The translations under genes and the position numbers were made by a program. Below, piece by piece: positions 10,455-18,943 of a DNA stretch of 20,000 nucleotides. Under the pieces are notes generated by a model. It saw nothing but the letters and a program-made list of their open reading frames with translations, was not told the DNA's origin and made no database searches. Source of the stretch: an uncultured virus (IMG/VR IMGVR_UViG_3300021957_000020) (taxonomy: Duplodnaviria > Heunggongvirae > Uroviricota > Caudoviricetes); IMG/VR virus record IMGVR_UViG_3300021957_000020, one strand, 5' to 3'. Position 1 is the first letter of the stretch; each line of letters starts with the position of its first letter.

Positions 10455-13400
10455 TTGGCAAGAAATACTAACATCAAGTTAAGGCGCTCTGCTACGCAGG
10501 GTTCTATACCAACTACATCAAATCTCGACCTAGGCGAACTTGCAATTAATACATATGACGGTAAGTTATATGTTAAGAAAACGTTTGGTAGTATTGATCG
10601 AGTAGTTCAAGTCGGTTCTTCTTCTTATGATTATCATCTCTCAACAGGAGTCACAGAAACTCTTACAGTCACAGTTGTTTCAACTACTACAGATCATAGA
10701 TATAATGGTACAGGTAGCTCCAGTAAATATTTTATCAATGGATTACCTTCACCTTACTTAAAATTAATACCAGGCGTAACATACAGGTTTGATCAATCAG
10801 ATTCTTCTAATAGTAATCATCCATTAAGATTCTATTATGAAGCAGATAAAACAACTGCTTATAGTACAGGTGTAACAACATCTGGAACACCAGGATCTTC
10901 TGGTGCGTACACTCAAATAATTCCAACAGATGCTACTCCTGGAGTATTACATTATCAATGTTCAGCTCATGGCTACATGGGTAACCAAGCAAGTTTTGCT
11001 ACAAGAAATTTAACTGGATTTGATACTGCTGATTTAACAGAAGGAACAAATTTATACTATACAGATGCAAGAGCACGAGCAGCTATAAGCGCAAGTGGAG
11101 ATTTATCTTATAATAATTCAACAGGTGTTATGTCTTTTACACAAAGGACAGATGCTCAAGTACGAGGATTAATATCAGTAACTGATGCTGGTGGAGATGG
11201 TTCATTAGCATATAATAATTCAACTGGTGTAATTACATATACAGGTCCAAGTGCTTCAGAAACAAGGGCTCATTTCTCTGCAGGTACAGGCGTTACAATA
11301 TCGTCTGGCCAAATATCAATTGGACAAGCAGTAGCTACATCTGACGATGTTACATTTAATGATCTGACAGTAGCTGGTGATTTAACTGTACAAGGAACAA
11401 CAACAACTTTAAATACAGCAACACTTGATGTAGAAGATAAAAATATAACTCTTAACTTTGGTTCAGGAGATACATCAGGTTCAGCCAATGGTGCTGGTAT
11501 TACAATACAAGATGCAGTTAATAGTTCAACAGATGCTACTTTATTATGGGATGCGACAAACGATAGGTTTGATGTTTCACACCCATTAACAATTACAAGT
11601 ACAACAACTGATGATACTTTATTATTAACAACAACTGAAGCTTCAAGTTCTGCAGCTCCTGTTATAACATTAAAAAGAAATTCATCTTCAGTTGCAGATG
11701 CAGATTATTTAGGTCAATTAAAATTCAAAGGCGAAAATGATGCTGACCAAGAAGTGGTTTATGCAAAAGTCACAGCCAAAATACAAGATGCTTCAGATGG
11801 AAGTGAAGATGGTTTATTAGAATTTGCTAATAAAAAAGCTGGTTCAAATGTTATTACAGCAAGATTAAGATCTGATTCATTACAATTATTAAATGGTACA
11901 ACCCTAGTAGTTGCAGGACTAACTTACCCGACAAGTGATGGTTCAAGTGGACAAGCATTAGTAACTGATGGTTCAGGAAACTTATCATTTAGTTCTATAT
12001 CAGCTGGTGGAAATGCTTTTGGTACAGTATCAGTTTCAGGACAAAGTGATGTTGTTGCAGACTCTAATAGTGATACACTAACTTTAGCTGCTGGTTCTAA
12101 TATAACATTAACAACTACACCAGGCACTGATACAGTAACAATTGCTTCTTCAGCTAGTGGTTCAGTAAGTGAAACATTTAAAACAATAGCAGTAAGTGGT
12201 CAAAGTGATGTTGTAGCTGATACAGCCACAGATACATTAACATTAGCTGCTGGCTCTGGTATGTCAATTACCACAAATGCTACATCAGATACAATTACAT
12301 TTACTTCATCTGGTGGATCGACTCAATCAGCTGTTTATAAAGAATACGTTTATACTGCAACAAATAATCAAACATCATTCTCAGGTTCAGATGATAATAG
12401 TAATACACTGAGTTATACACCACTCTTTTTACAAGTATTCTTAAACGGTGTTTTACTTGACAATGGTACAGATTATACTGCAACAAATGGTACAGCAGTT
12501 GTACTTGTTAATGGTGCAACAACAAGTGACCTTTTACAAATATCTACTTTTGTACAAATTATTGGTAGTGCAGATGCAGTCACTGATGAATTTACAGGAA
12601 ATGGAAGTACAACAGCATTTACATTAACAGCAGATCCAGATGTTGAAGGCAATACAATGGTCTTTATTGATGGTGTCTATCAGGAAAAAGCTACTTATAG
12701 TATTTCAGGTACAACATTAACATTCTCAACTGCTCCAGCAAATGGTCAATCAATCGAAGTTAATACAGGTTCTAGGAATGTAACTGTTGATGATGTCAGT
12801 GGATTAACTATTGAGGGTAATTTAGTTGTTGAAGGAAATACAACATTAGGTAATGCTTCAAGCGATACGATTACAGTCACAGGTACTCCAACATTTGCAG
12901 AAGCAGTAGATATTAATAGTACATTAAATGTTTCTGGCCATGTTTCATTAGATGGCTCAGCAAATGAATTAAGATTTTATGAAGGTTCTAATTATGTAGG
13001 CTTTGAAGCTCCAGCATTAAGTGGAGATCAAATATGGGTACTACCGACAGCAGATGGAACAGCAGGATACGCACTTAAAACAGATGGTTCTGGTAATTTA
13101 AGTTGGGGATTAGCTGGTGGAAATGCATTTGAAACAATTGCAATTTCAGGACAATCAAGTGTAGTCGCAGATAGTTCATCTGATACATTAACATTAGCGG
13201 CTGGTGCAGGTATTGCATTAACAACTAATGCTTCTTCAGATACTATTACAATTACAAATAGTTCTCTTGGTGCTAATGCATTCCAAAACATTGCAGTATC
13301 AGGTCAAACAACAGTAGCTGCTGATTCAACAGGAGATACAGTAACACTTGTTGGTCAAAATGGTGTTACTATTACAACAACAGCTGGTACAGATACTGTT

Positions 13401-14234
13401 ACATTTGATGGTAATAAATCAATTAATCCATTTGTTACAGATTTATTTACAACAGCAAATAATTCAACAACAGCTTTTACACTTAGCACTACACCAAGTA
13501 CAGAAGATAATCTTATTGTATTTGTCGAAGGTGTTTATCAAAATAAAAATTCATATGTATTAAGTGGAACCACTTTAACATTAGACGGAGCACCAGCATC
13601 TGGTTCAGAAGTTGTAGTTCATATTATTGGTGATGGTGTTGTAGGTGGTGGACATACAGTCAATGGATTTACTGGAGATAATTCAACAACAGCATTTACA
13701 TTAACTGTTGCACCAATGAATGAAAACAATACATTGGTTTATTTAGATGGTGTTTATCAGCATAAATCAGAATATAGTGTAAGTGGTACAACACTTACGT
13801 TTAGTACAGCTCCTGGAACTGGAGATGATATAGAGGTATTAATACCAACAACAGTTGAAATTAATCAGCCAGGTAGTACTTCAATTGATAATATTTCTCA
13901 ATTCGATACTACAGCTATTATACCAAATGAAGTCACAGCAACAACAGTTGCAAGTACAAGTGCTTCAACAATTGCAACACATGCAATCGCTACATATAGA
14001 ACAGTTAAATACTTAGTACAATGTACACAAGGAACAGATTACCATTCAACAGAAATTAATGTTATCCATGATGGTACCACAGCATATATGACTGAATACG
14101 GTACATTATTTGATAACGCAGCATTAGGAACATTCGATGTTGCAATTTCAGGTGGTAATTTATTATTACAAATAACAGCAGGAAGTGCAACAAGTATGGC
14201 AGTAAAGGTTATATCAACGGCAATACCTGTATAA
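10455..14234 (+). CDS. Long multi-module tail fibre protein, 1259 aa
   Basis: TTG start with AGGAG. N-terminal IKLRRS...LGELAINTYDGKLY domain; cupredoxin-like module; DLTEGTNLYYT...YNNSTGV repeats; four VSGQxxVxAD repeats; three FTxxxSTTAFTL...GVYQ...SGTTLT domains; C-terminal YRTVKY...EYG domain. Confidence 0.85.
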   Translation: MARNTNIKLRRSATQGSIPTTSNLDLGELAINTYDGKLYVKKTFGSIDRVVQVGSSSYDYHLSTGVTETLTVTVVSTTTDHRYNGTGSSSKYFINGLPSPYLKLIPGVTYRFDQSDSSNSNHPLRFYYEADKTTAYSTGVTTSGTPGSSGAYTQIIPTDATPGVLHYQCSAHGYMGNQASFATRNLTGFDTADLTEGTNLYYTDARARAAISASGDLSYNNSTGVMSFTQRTDAQVRGLISVTDAGGDGSLAYNNSTGVITYTGPSASETRAHFSAGTGVTISSGQISIGQAVATSDDVTFNDLTVAGDLTVQGTTTTLNTATLDVEDKNITLNFGSGDTSGSANGAGITIQDAVNSSTDATLLWDATNDRFDVSHPLTITSTTTDDTLLLTTTEASSSAAPVITLKRNSSSVADADYLGQLKFKGENDADQEVVYAKVTAKIQDASDGSEDGLLEFANKKAGSNVITARLRSDSLQLLNGTTLVVAGLTYPTSDGSSGQALVTDGSGNLSFSSISAGGNAFGTVSVSGQSDVVADSNSDTLTLAAGSNITLTTTPGTDTVTIASSASGSVSETFKTIAVSGQSDVVADTATDTLTLAAGSGMSITTNATSDTITFTSSGGSTQSAVYKEYVYTATNNQTSFSGSDDNSNTLSYTPLFLQVFLNGVLLDNGTDYTATNGTAVVLVNGATTSDLLQISTFVQIIGSADAVTDEFTGNGSTTAFTLTADPDVEGNTMVFIDGVYQEKATYSISGTTLTFSTAPANGQSIEVNTGSRNVTVDDVSGLTIEGNLVVEGNTTLGNASSDTITVTGTPTFAEAVDINSTLNVSGHVSLDGSANELRFYEGSNYVGFEAPALSGDQIWVLPTADGTAGYALKTDGSGNLSWGLAGGNAFETIAISGQSSVVADSSSDTLTLAAGAGIALTTNASSDTITITNSSLGANAFQNIAVSGQTTVAADSTGDTVTLVGQNGVTITTTAGTDTVTFDGNKSINPFVTDLFTTANNSTTAFTLSTTPSTEDNLIVFVEGVYQNKNSYVLSGTTLTLDGAPASGSEVVVHIIGDGVVGGGHTVNGFTGDNSTTAFTLTVAPMNENNTLVYLDGVYQHKSEYSVSGTTLTFSTAPGTGDDIEVLIPTTVEINQPGSTSIDNISQFDTTAIIPNEVTATTVASTSASTIATHAIATYRTVKYLVQCTQGTDYHSTEINVIHDGTTAYMTEYGTLFDNAALGTFDVAISGGNLLLQITAGSATSMAVKVISTAIPV

Positions 14235-14237
14235 ATA
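14230..14237 (+). promoter_or_regulatory. T4-type late promoter TATAAATA overlapping the upstream stop codon
   Basis: Exact consensus 30 bp before ATG 14268. Confidence 0.75.
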
Positions 14238-14267
14238 CAATAAACAATCGATGGAGAGTGAAATCGA

Positions 14268-14483
14268 ATGGCAACAGATAAAAATTTCGTAGTCAAAAAT
14301 GGGCTAACAATAGGAAGCACCGAGGTAATTAATTCCTCAGGTGTTGTCGCATCCAGTGCATTATCCAATGTCGGAACAGCACTCACCGTAATCGGAAGAT
14401 CAGCAAACACAAGCGTTACAATCACGAATGCAGCTATAACAGTTGTAGGTAGATCTGCTAACGTATCAGTAGGAGTAAGTTAA
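14268..14483 (+). CDS. Short fibre adaptor protein (NFVVKNGL N-terminus, GRSAN..VGV C-terminus), 71 aa
   Basis: GGAG upstream. Internal duplication TVIGRSANTSV / TVVGRSANVSV. The C-terminus is similar to that of 18150..18509. Confidence 0.75.
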   Translation: MATDKNFVVKNGLTIGSTEVINSSGVVASSALSNVGTALTVIGRSANTSVTITNAAITVVGRSANVSVGVS

Positions 14484-14484
14484 G

Positions 14485-14997
14485 ATGGCAGATAGACATG
14501 CATTAATCGTTGATAGTTCAAGTCAACAAATAAAAGAAATACCAACTAGTGATGTATTACTTGCAGATGCTTTTACAGCTTCTGGAGCAATCACAGGTGG
14601 AAGTTTAACAGATGGAACAGCCACTGTTTCAAGTGGAGCTGTAGCAGCTTCTACAGTGACCGCATCTACTTCAGCAAAAATAACACAAGTTGCTCTTACA
14701 TCAAGTTCAAATGCAGTTGCATGGGATGCAGCCGCGGCAGCAAATGCTTATCATTTATTAACAGAAAATACTACCTTTGCTGCTCCAAGTAATGCAGTGG
14801 AAGGAGCTATTATTTCTGTAGAAATTGCTCAAGGTGGAACACCATATACAGTTGCATGGAATACAATATACGAATTTGCAGCTTCAACAGCTCCAACAAT
14901 GACAGCAACTGCAAACAAAACAGATATCTTATCATTCAGATATAATGGAAGTATCTGGCAAGAAATAGGAAGAGTGCAGAATTTAGCACAAACATAA
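14485..14997 (+). CDS. Fibre-tip adaptor / beta-sandwich structural protein, 170 aa (paralog of 18514..18939)
   Basis: Shares WD...APSNAV...Q.GT...W...YEF...TAPT.T...D..FRYNG..W.EIGR..NL with the 141-aa protein. Confidence 0.75.
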   Translation: MADRHALIVDSSSQQIKEIPTSDVLLADAFTASGAITGGSLTDGTATVSSGAVAASTVTASTSAKITQVALTSSSNAVAWDAAAAANAYHLLTENTTFAAPSNAVEGAIISVEIAQGGTPYTVAWNTIYEFAASTAPTMTATANKTDILSFRYNGSIWQEIGRVQNLAQT

Positions 14998-14998
14998 T

Positions 14999-16426
14999 AT
15001 GGCATTTACTGATCGACTACATAATCGCGGAAGCATATCTACTGGGTATGATATTGATAACTCTTGTAAGTTTGAACCGGATAATAGTGAATATCTAGGA
15101 AAAACTCCTACCTCCTCAGGCAACAGAAGAACATTCACGATAAGTATGTGGATTAAAAGAACCGAATTCGGTATGGATTGTTATTTAATGGAAGCAGGAG
15201 ACGGAGATTATAACCAATCAGATCGTACCTTAATCAAATTTGATTCTTCAGATAAATTTAGATTTGGTGGTGGTTCTTCTTATGAAAGAATAACAAACAG
15301 GGTTTTTAGAGATGCTTCGGCTTGGTATCATATAGTGATGGCTGTAGATACCACTGATTCTACAGCAGGTAATAGATTAAAGCTTTATATAAACGGAGTA
15401 CAAGAAACTTCCTTTGGAACTTCAGCAGACCCAAGTCAAAATTTTCAATATGCTTTTTGCAAAGATGATGAACATACTGTAGGTTTTAACCATACAGATA
15501 ATGTTTCTTATTTTGCAGGTTATATGTCAGAAGTAATTTTAATAGACGGACAGCAATTAGACCCAACAAGTTTCGGCGAGTTTGATGCAGACTCAGGTAT
15601 TTGGAAGCCTATAGATGTTAGTGGTTTAACTTTTGGTACTAATGGATTTTATTTAGACTTTAAAGATTCAGCTAACTTAGGCAACGATGCAAGTGGTGGC
15701 ACAGACTTTACCGAAAACAACATCACAGCAGCCGACCAAGCTGTGGACACACCTACTAATAATTTTGCTACATGGCAATTAAATAATTATAATCCTACCG
15801 TGAGTGCCGACTTTACTTTTATAGAAGGTGCTACAACCCCAGTAAGAAATTCTGGTGATGTTCATGTGTATTGTGTAAGCACTATGGCTATGTCAAGTGG
15901 AAAATGGTACATGGAATATAAAGTAAGAAGTTCCAGCGATTCTGTTTACTTTGGTGGTACGCCTATAACTCAGTTTGCGTCCGAAAATCATAATGGATAT
16001 TATTTAGGACAAGATGGTGGCGGCTCAATTGGATATGGAGCAGGTGCTTTTCTATATTATTGGACAGGAGCAAATACCCAGTATACTGAAAATAGGGCAA
16101 CTGGTGATATTATAGGAGTAGCATTAGATAAAGATAACGATAAAATAGCTTTTTCTAAAAACGGTACATTTATGCTAGGTACTAACGGAGTACGAACCGA
16201 CCCAAGTACTCCATCAACAATGCATGAAGTACAAGCTCCACCATATTTTTGGGCATTTGGAGCTTTTACTGGAAGTATACAATACGAGACAAATATGGGT
16301 GGCTTTACATCGAACACACCATCCAGTGCAGAAAGCGATGAAAACGGCTACGGAGCTTTTGAATACGCGCCGCCTACAGGCTACTACGCTTTATGCACTA
16401 AAAATTTAGCGGAGTTCGGAGGATAA
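14999..16426 (+). CDS. Concanavalin-A/LamG-like plus SPRY-like domain protein (putative receptor-binding), 475 aa
   Basis: LamG motifs TFTISMWIKR, RDASAWYHIV, LYINGVQ, FAGYMSEV and FGTNGFYLDF. Linker DTPTNNF. SPRY-like SGKWYME, GDIIGVALD.D and FSKNG. C-terminal FEYAPPTGYYALCTKNL. Confidence 0.8.
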   Translation: MAFTDRLHNRGSISTGYDIDNSCKFEPDNSEYLGKTPTSSGNRRTFTISMWIKRTEFGMDCYLMEAGDGDYNQSDRTLIKFDSSDKFRFGGGSSYERITNRVFRDASAWYHIVMAVDTTDSTAGNRLKLYINGVQETSFGTSADPSQNFQYAFCKDDEHTVGFNHTDNVSYFAGYMSEVILIDGQQLDPTSFGEFDADSGIWKPIDVSGLTFGTNGFYLDFKDSANLGNDASGGTDFTENNITAADQAVDTPTNNFATWQLNNYNPTVSADFTFIEGATTPVRNSGDVHVYCVSTMAMSSGKWYMEYKVRSSSDSVYFGGTPITQFASENHNGYYLGQDGGGSIGYGAGAFLYYWTGANTQYTENRATGDIIGVALDKDNDKIAFSKNGTFMLGTNGVRTDPSTPSTMHEVQAPPYFWAFGAFTGSIQYETNMGGFTSNTPSSAESDENGYGAFEYAPPTGYYALCTKNLAEFGG

Positions 16427-16427
16427 T

Positions 16428-17516
16428 ATGGCAGCATATACAAATATAGACGACCCATCAGCGCATTTTCAGACTGCTTTATATACTGGAAATAGTGGAA
16501 CTTTAGCTGTTACAAATGATGGCAATAGTGATTTAAAACCTGATTTGGTTTGGACTAAAAAAAGAAGTGATACTTCACACCATGCTTTAGTTGATTCAAG
16601 CAGGGGTGCAACCAAACAAATATATTCAAACTTAGACGCGGCAGAAGAAACTGTAAGTGGAGTAACTGCATTTAACACAGATGGTTTTACTTTGGGCAGT
16701 AATGGAACAGCCAATCTCAATGCAGCAACTTTTGTCGGATGGCAATGGAAAGCCAATGGGGGTACGACAGCTAGTAATACGGATGGCGATATAACCTCAA
16801 CAGTACAAGCTAATACAGATGCAGGTTTTAGTATTGTTACTTACACAGGTAATACTTCTAATAACCAAACTGTTGGACATGGCCTAGGAGCAAAACCAGG
16901 TGTTATCCTTATTAGAAATAGAACAAGAGCTGAAAGTTGGAGATTGAATCATCATGCCATAAATAATGGTACAGGAATGATAATAGTAAATAGCACAAGT
17001 GCTTATAATACAACTGGCACAACTTTAATGAACTCAGCTGCAACCTCGAGTGTATTTAATGTTAGTACTGATTGGTCTGTAAATGGTAACTATCCATTTG
17101 TTGCTTGGTGTTGGGCAGAAAAACAAGGCTACAGCAAGTTTGGTTCGTATATCGGAAATTCAAATGCAGATGGCCCATTCATATATTTAGGATTTAAGCC
17201 TGCTTTTGTAATGATAAAAAGAACTGATGCTGGTACAACCTATTCAAGTTGGGCTATGTTTGACAACAAGAGATTAGGTTACAACCCAACAGGTGGACCA
17301 CAAAGTTTGTATGCAAACAGAGATTATGCAGAAGGTAAAAGAGGTCAAGGTAGTGCCAACAGTTCAGAGGTTCGTATAAATATGTTATCAAACGGCTTTA
17401 AAGTAAAAGATGGTGGCTCTGATGAAATAAATGATGCAGGCGATACTTACATCTACATGGCCTTTGCAGAAAATCCATTAGTAACATCAACAGGAGTGCC
17501 AACCACCGCACGATAA
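16428..17516 (+). CDS. Virion structural protein of the PDLVWxK / GFSIVTYTG repeat family (DUF7483-like), 362 aa
   Basis: Motifs FQTALYTGN, PDLVWTKKR, AGFSIVTYTGN, VGHGLG, GYSKFGSY.GN, GPFIYLGFKPAFVMIK and YIYMAFAE. SD GGAGG upstream. Confidence 0.75.
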   Translation: MAAYTNIDDPSAHFQTALYTGNSGTLAVTNDGNSDLKPDLVWTKKRSDTSHHALVDSSRGATKQIYSNLDAAEETVSGVTAFNTDGFTLGSNGTANLNAATFVGWQWKANGGTTASNTDGDITSTVQANTDAGFSIVTYTGNTSNNQTVGHGLGAKPGVILIRNRTRAESWRLNHHAINNGTGMIIVNSTSAYNTTGTTLMNSAATSSVFNVSTDWSVNGNYPFVAWCWAEKQGYSKFGSYIGNSNADGPFIYLGFKPAFVMIKRTDAGTTYSSWAMFDNKRLGYNPTGGPQSLYANRDYAEGKRGQGSANSSEVRINMLSNGFKVKDGGSDEINDAGDTYIYMAFAENPLVTSTGVPTTAR

Positions 17517-17518
17517 TG

Positions 17519-17526
17519 TATAAATA
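17519..17526 (+). promoter_or_regulatory. T4-type late promoter TATAAATA
   Basis: Exact consensus in the intergenic gap, followed by AGGAG (17534-17538) and ATG 17546. Confidence 0.8.
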
Positions 17527-17545
17527 GAATAACAGGAGAAAAAAT

Positions 17546-18148
17546 ATGTGGGCATTAGTAGAAGATAACACAGTAACAAAGGTCTTTACACGACCTAAAG
17601 CTTTGACATTAGGGGATAATCAATATCCTGCTAATATCTTTAGTCTTTGGTCAAGTTCAGAGTTAGAAGCCATTGGCATCTATGAAGTTGTTATTGATAA
17701 CACAAACTTAAAAAATCAAGAGTATTACATTAATACCAATCAATCATTTGCATTTGCAAGTGGAACAGTCACAGCATCTTATGGTACAGCAACAGCTAAA
17801 AATTTAGATGATACTTTATTTACAGCTGATGATGAAGCAGCAGATGCTAATAATGTTGAAGGCACAGTTGCAACAAGAGGATTAAAATATAACCATAAAC
17901 AAGTTATTAATTCACAAGCAGCTGGTTCATTACAACCAACCGATTGGATGGTCGTAAGAGCAGCAGAGGGTGGCACAGCAGTACCAGGCTCTATTACAAC
18001 ATCAAGAGCAGCAGTCAGAACAAAAGCAAACACTATGTGTACAGCGATTAATGATGCATCTGATATGGATGCTTTAATAGCACTTTATGTATATAACGAC
18101 GCGACACCACCAGTAAGACCATTAGGTGAATTACCAGAGGTAAGTTAA
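17546..18148 (+). CDS. Putative tail fibre assembly/chaperone-like protein, 200 aa
   Basis: Has its own promoter and SD. N-terminal QYP.NIF.LWS..EL.AIGIY motif. The C-terminal LQPTDWMVVRAAE...R.AVR helical motif resembles Tfa-type assembly proteins. Confidence 0.6.
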   Translation: MWALVEDNTVTKVFTRPKALTLGDNQYPANIFSLWSSSELEAIGIYEVVIDNTNLKNQEYYINTNQSFAFASGTVTASYGTATAKNLDDTLFTADDEAADANNVEGTVATRGLKYNHKQVINSQAAGSLQPTDWMVVRAAEGGTAVPGSITTSRAAVRTKANTMCTAINDASDMDALIALYVYNDATPPVRPLGELPEVS

Positions 18149-18149
18149 T

Positions 18150-18509
18150 ATGGCATTAACTAAGATACCGGCGAGTTTTATCGATACCGCTTCTGGTATC
18201 AATGGGTTAATATACCCAAGTTCTGATGGATCAACTGGACAGTTTTTAAAGACAGACGGAAGTGGTAATTTATCATTTGCTACTGTCGATACAAGCATAT
18301 CAGCTAACTCAATTGGTATTACACAGATCAATGTATCAGATGGTACAAGTGGTCAATTTTTACAAACAAATGGTAGTGGAACATTATCATTCGCTTCTGT
18401 CAGCGAAGTTGTAGCAGTAGGTTTAAGAGGTGGTACTACAAATGTAGCAATTACTACAAACAATCTCGTTATAACAGGCAGATCAGGAAATATAAACGTA
18501 GGAGTATAA
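18150..18509 (+). CDS. Short fibre adaptor protein (MALTKI N-terminus, GRSG..VGV C-terminus), 119 aa
   Basis: Two DGxxGQFLxTxGSGxLSF repeats, also present in the 1259-aa fibre. The C-terminus parallels that of 14268..14483. Confidence 0.75.
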   Translation: MALTKIPASFIDTASGINGLIYPSSDGSTGQFLKTDGSGNLSFATVDTSISANSIGITQINVSDGTSGQFLQTNGSGTLSFASVSEVVAVGLRGGTTNVAITTNNLVITGRSGNINVGV

Positions 18510-18513
18510 TAAC

Positions 18514-18939
18514 ATGGCAGCACAATTCCCATTAATCGTAGATACAAGTGGAACACCTGCAATCGAAGAATTAGCAAGTGGAGATATTTTAGATCTTACA
18601 GGATGCCAAGTCAAATTAGGAAGTGAAGGAACACTAACTGATCAAGCGACAGTAACCTGGGATGTAGCAACTATTCCTATAGCAAAATTAACACTTGGTG
18701 GTAACAGAACATTATCTGCTCCAAGTAATGCAGTAGGTTCAGGACAATACATATCTTTACTTGTAATTCAAGACGGAACAGGATCAAGAACATTGACTTG
18801 GAATGCAGCATATGAATTCACTGCAGATACAGCACCAACATTAACAACCACAGCAAGTTATGGTGACTTATTTACATTTAGATACAATGGTACAAAATGG
18901 TTAGAAATAGGTAGAAATCTTAACTTAGTACTGAGCTAA
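18514..18939 (+). CDS. Fibre-tip adaptor / beta-sandwich structural protein, 141 aa (paralog of 14485..14997)
   Basis: AGGAG upstream. Motifs QDGTGSRTLTW and FRYNGTKWLEIGRNLNL. Confidence 0.75.
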   Translation: MAAQFPLIVDTSGTPAIEELASGDILDLTGCQVKLGSEGTLTDQATVTWDVATIPIAKLTLGGNRTLSAPSNAVGSGQYISLLVIQDGTGSRTLTWNAAYEFTADTAPTLTTTASYGDLFTFRYNGTKWLEIGRNLNLVLS

Positions 18940-18943
18940 TAAC

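Noticed and set aside
2092..16409. Short alternative-frame + strand ORFs (2092, 4267, 13348, 16224)
   Set aside because: Nested in long genes, with Leu/Gln-rich off-frame composition and no supporting signals.
17375..17382. Additional TATAAATA inside the 362-aa gene
   Set aside because: Intragenic, with a better-placed copy at 17519. Plausibly chance in AT-rich DNA.
707..18577. Numerous minus-strand ORFs (up to 311 aa, e.g. 6043..6978, 5290..5913, 9200..9844)
   Set aside because: They are antisense shadows of Thr/Gly/Ser-rich + strand genes. They give Val/Pro-rich translations with no recognisable motifs and fully overlap well-supported CDSs.
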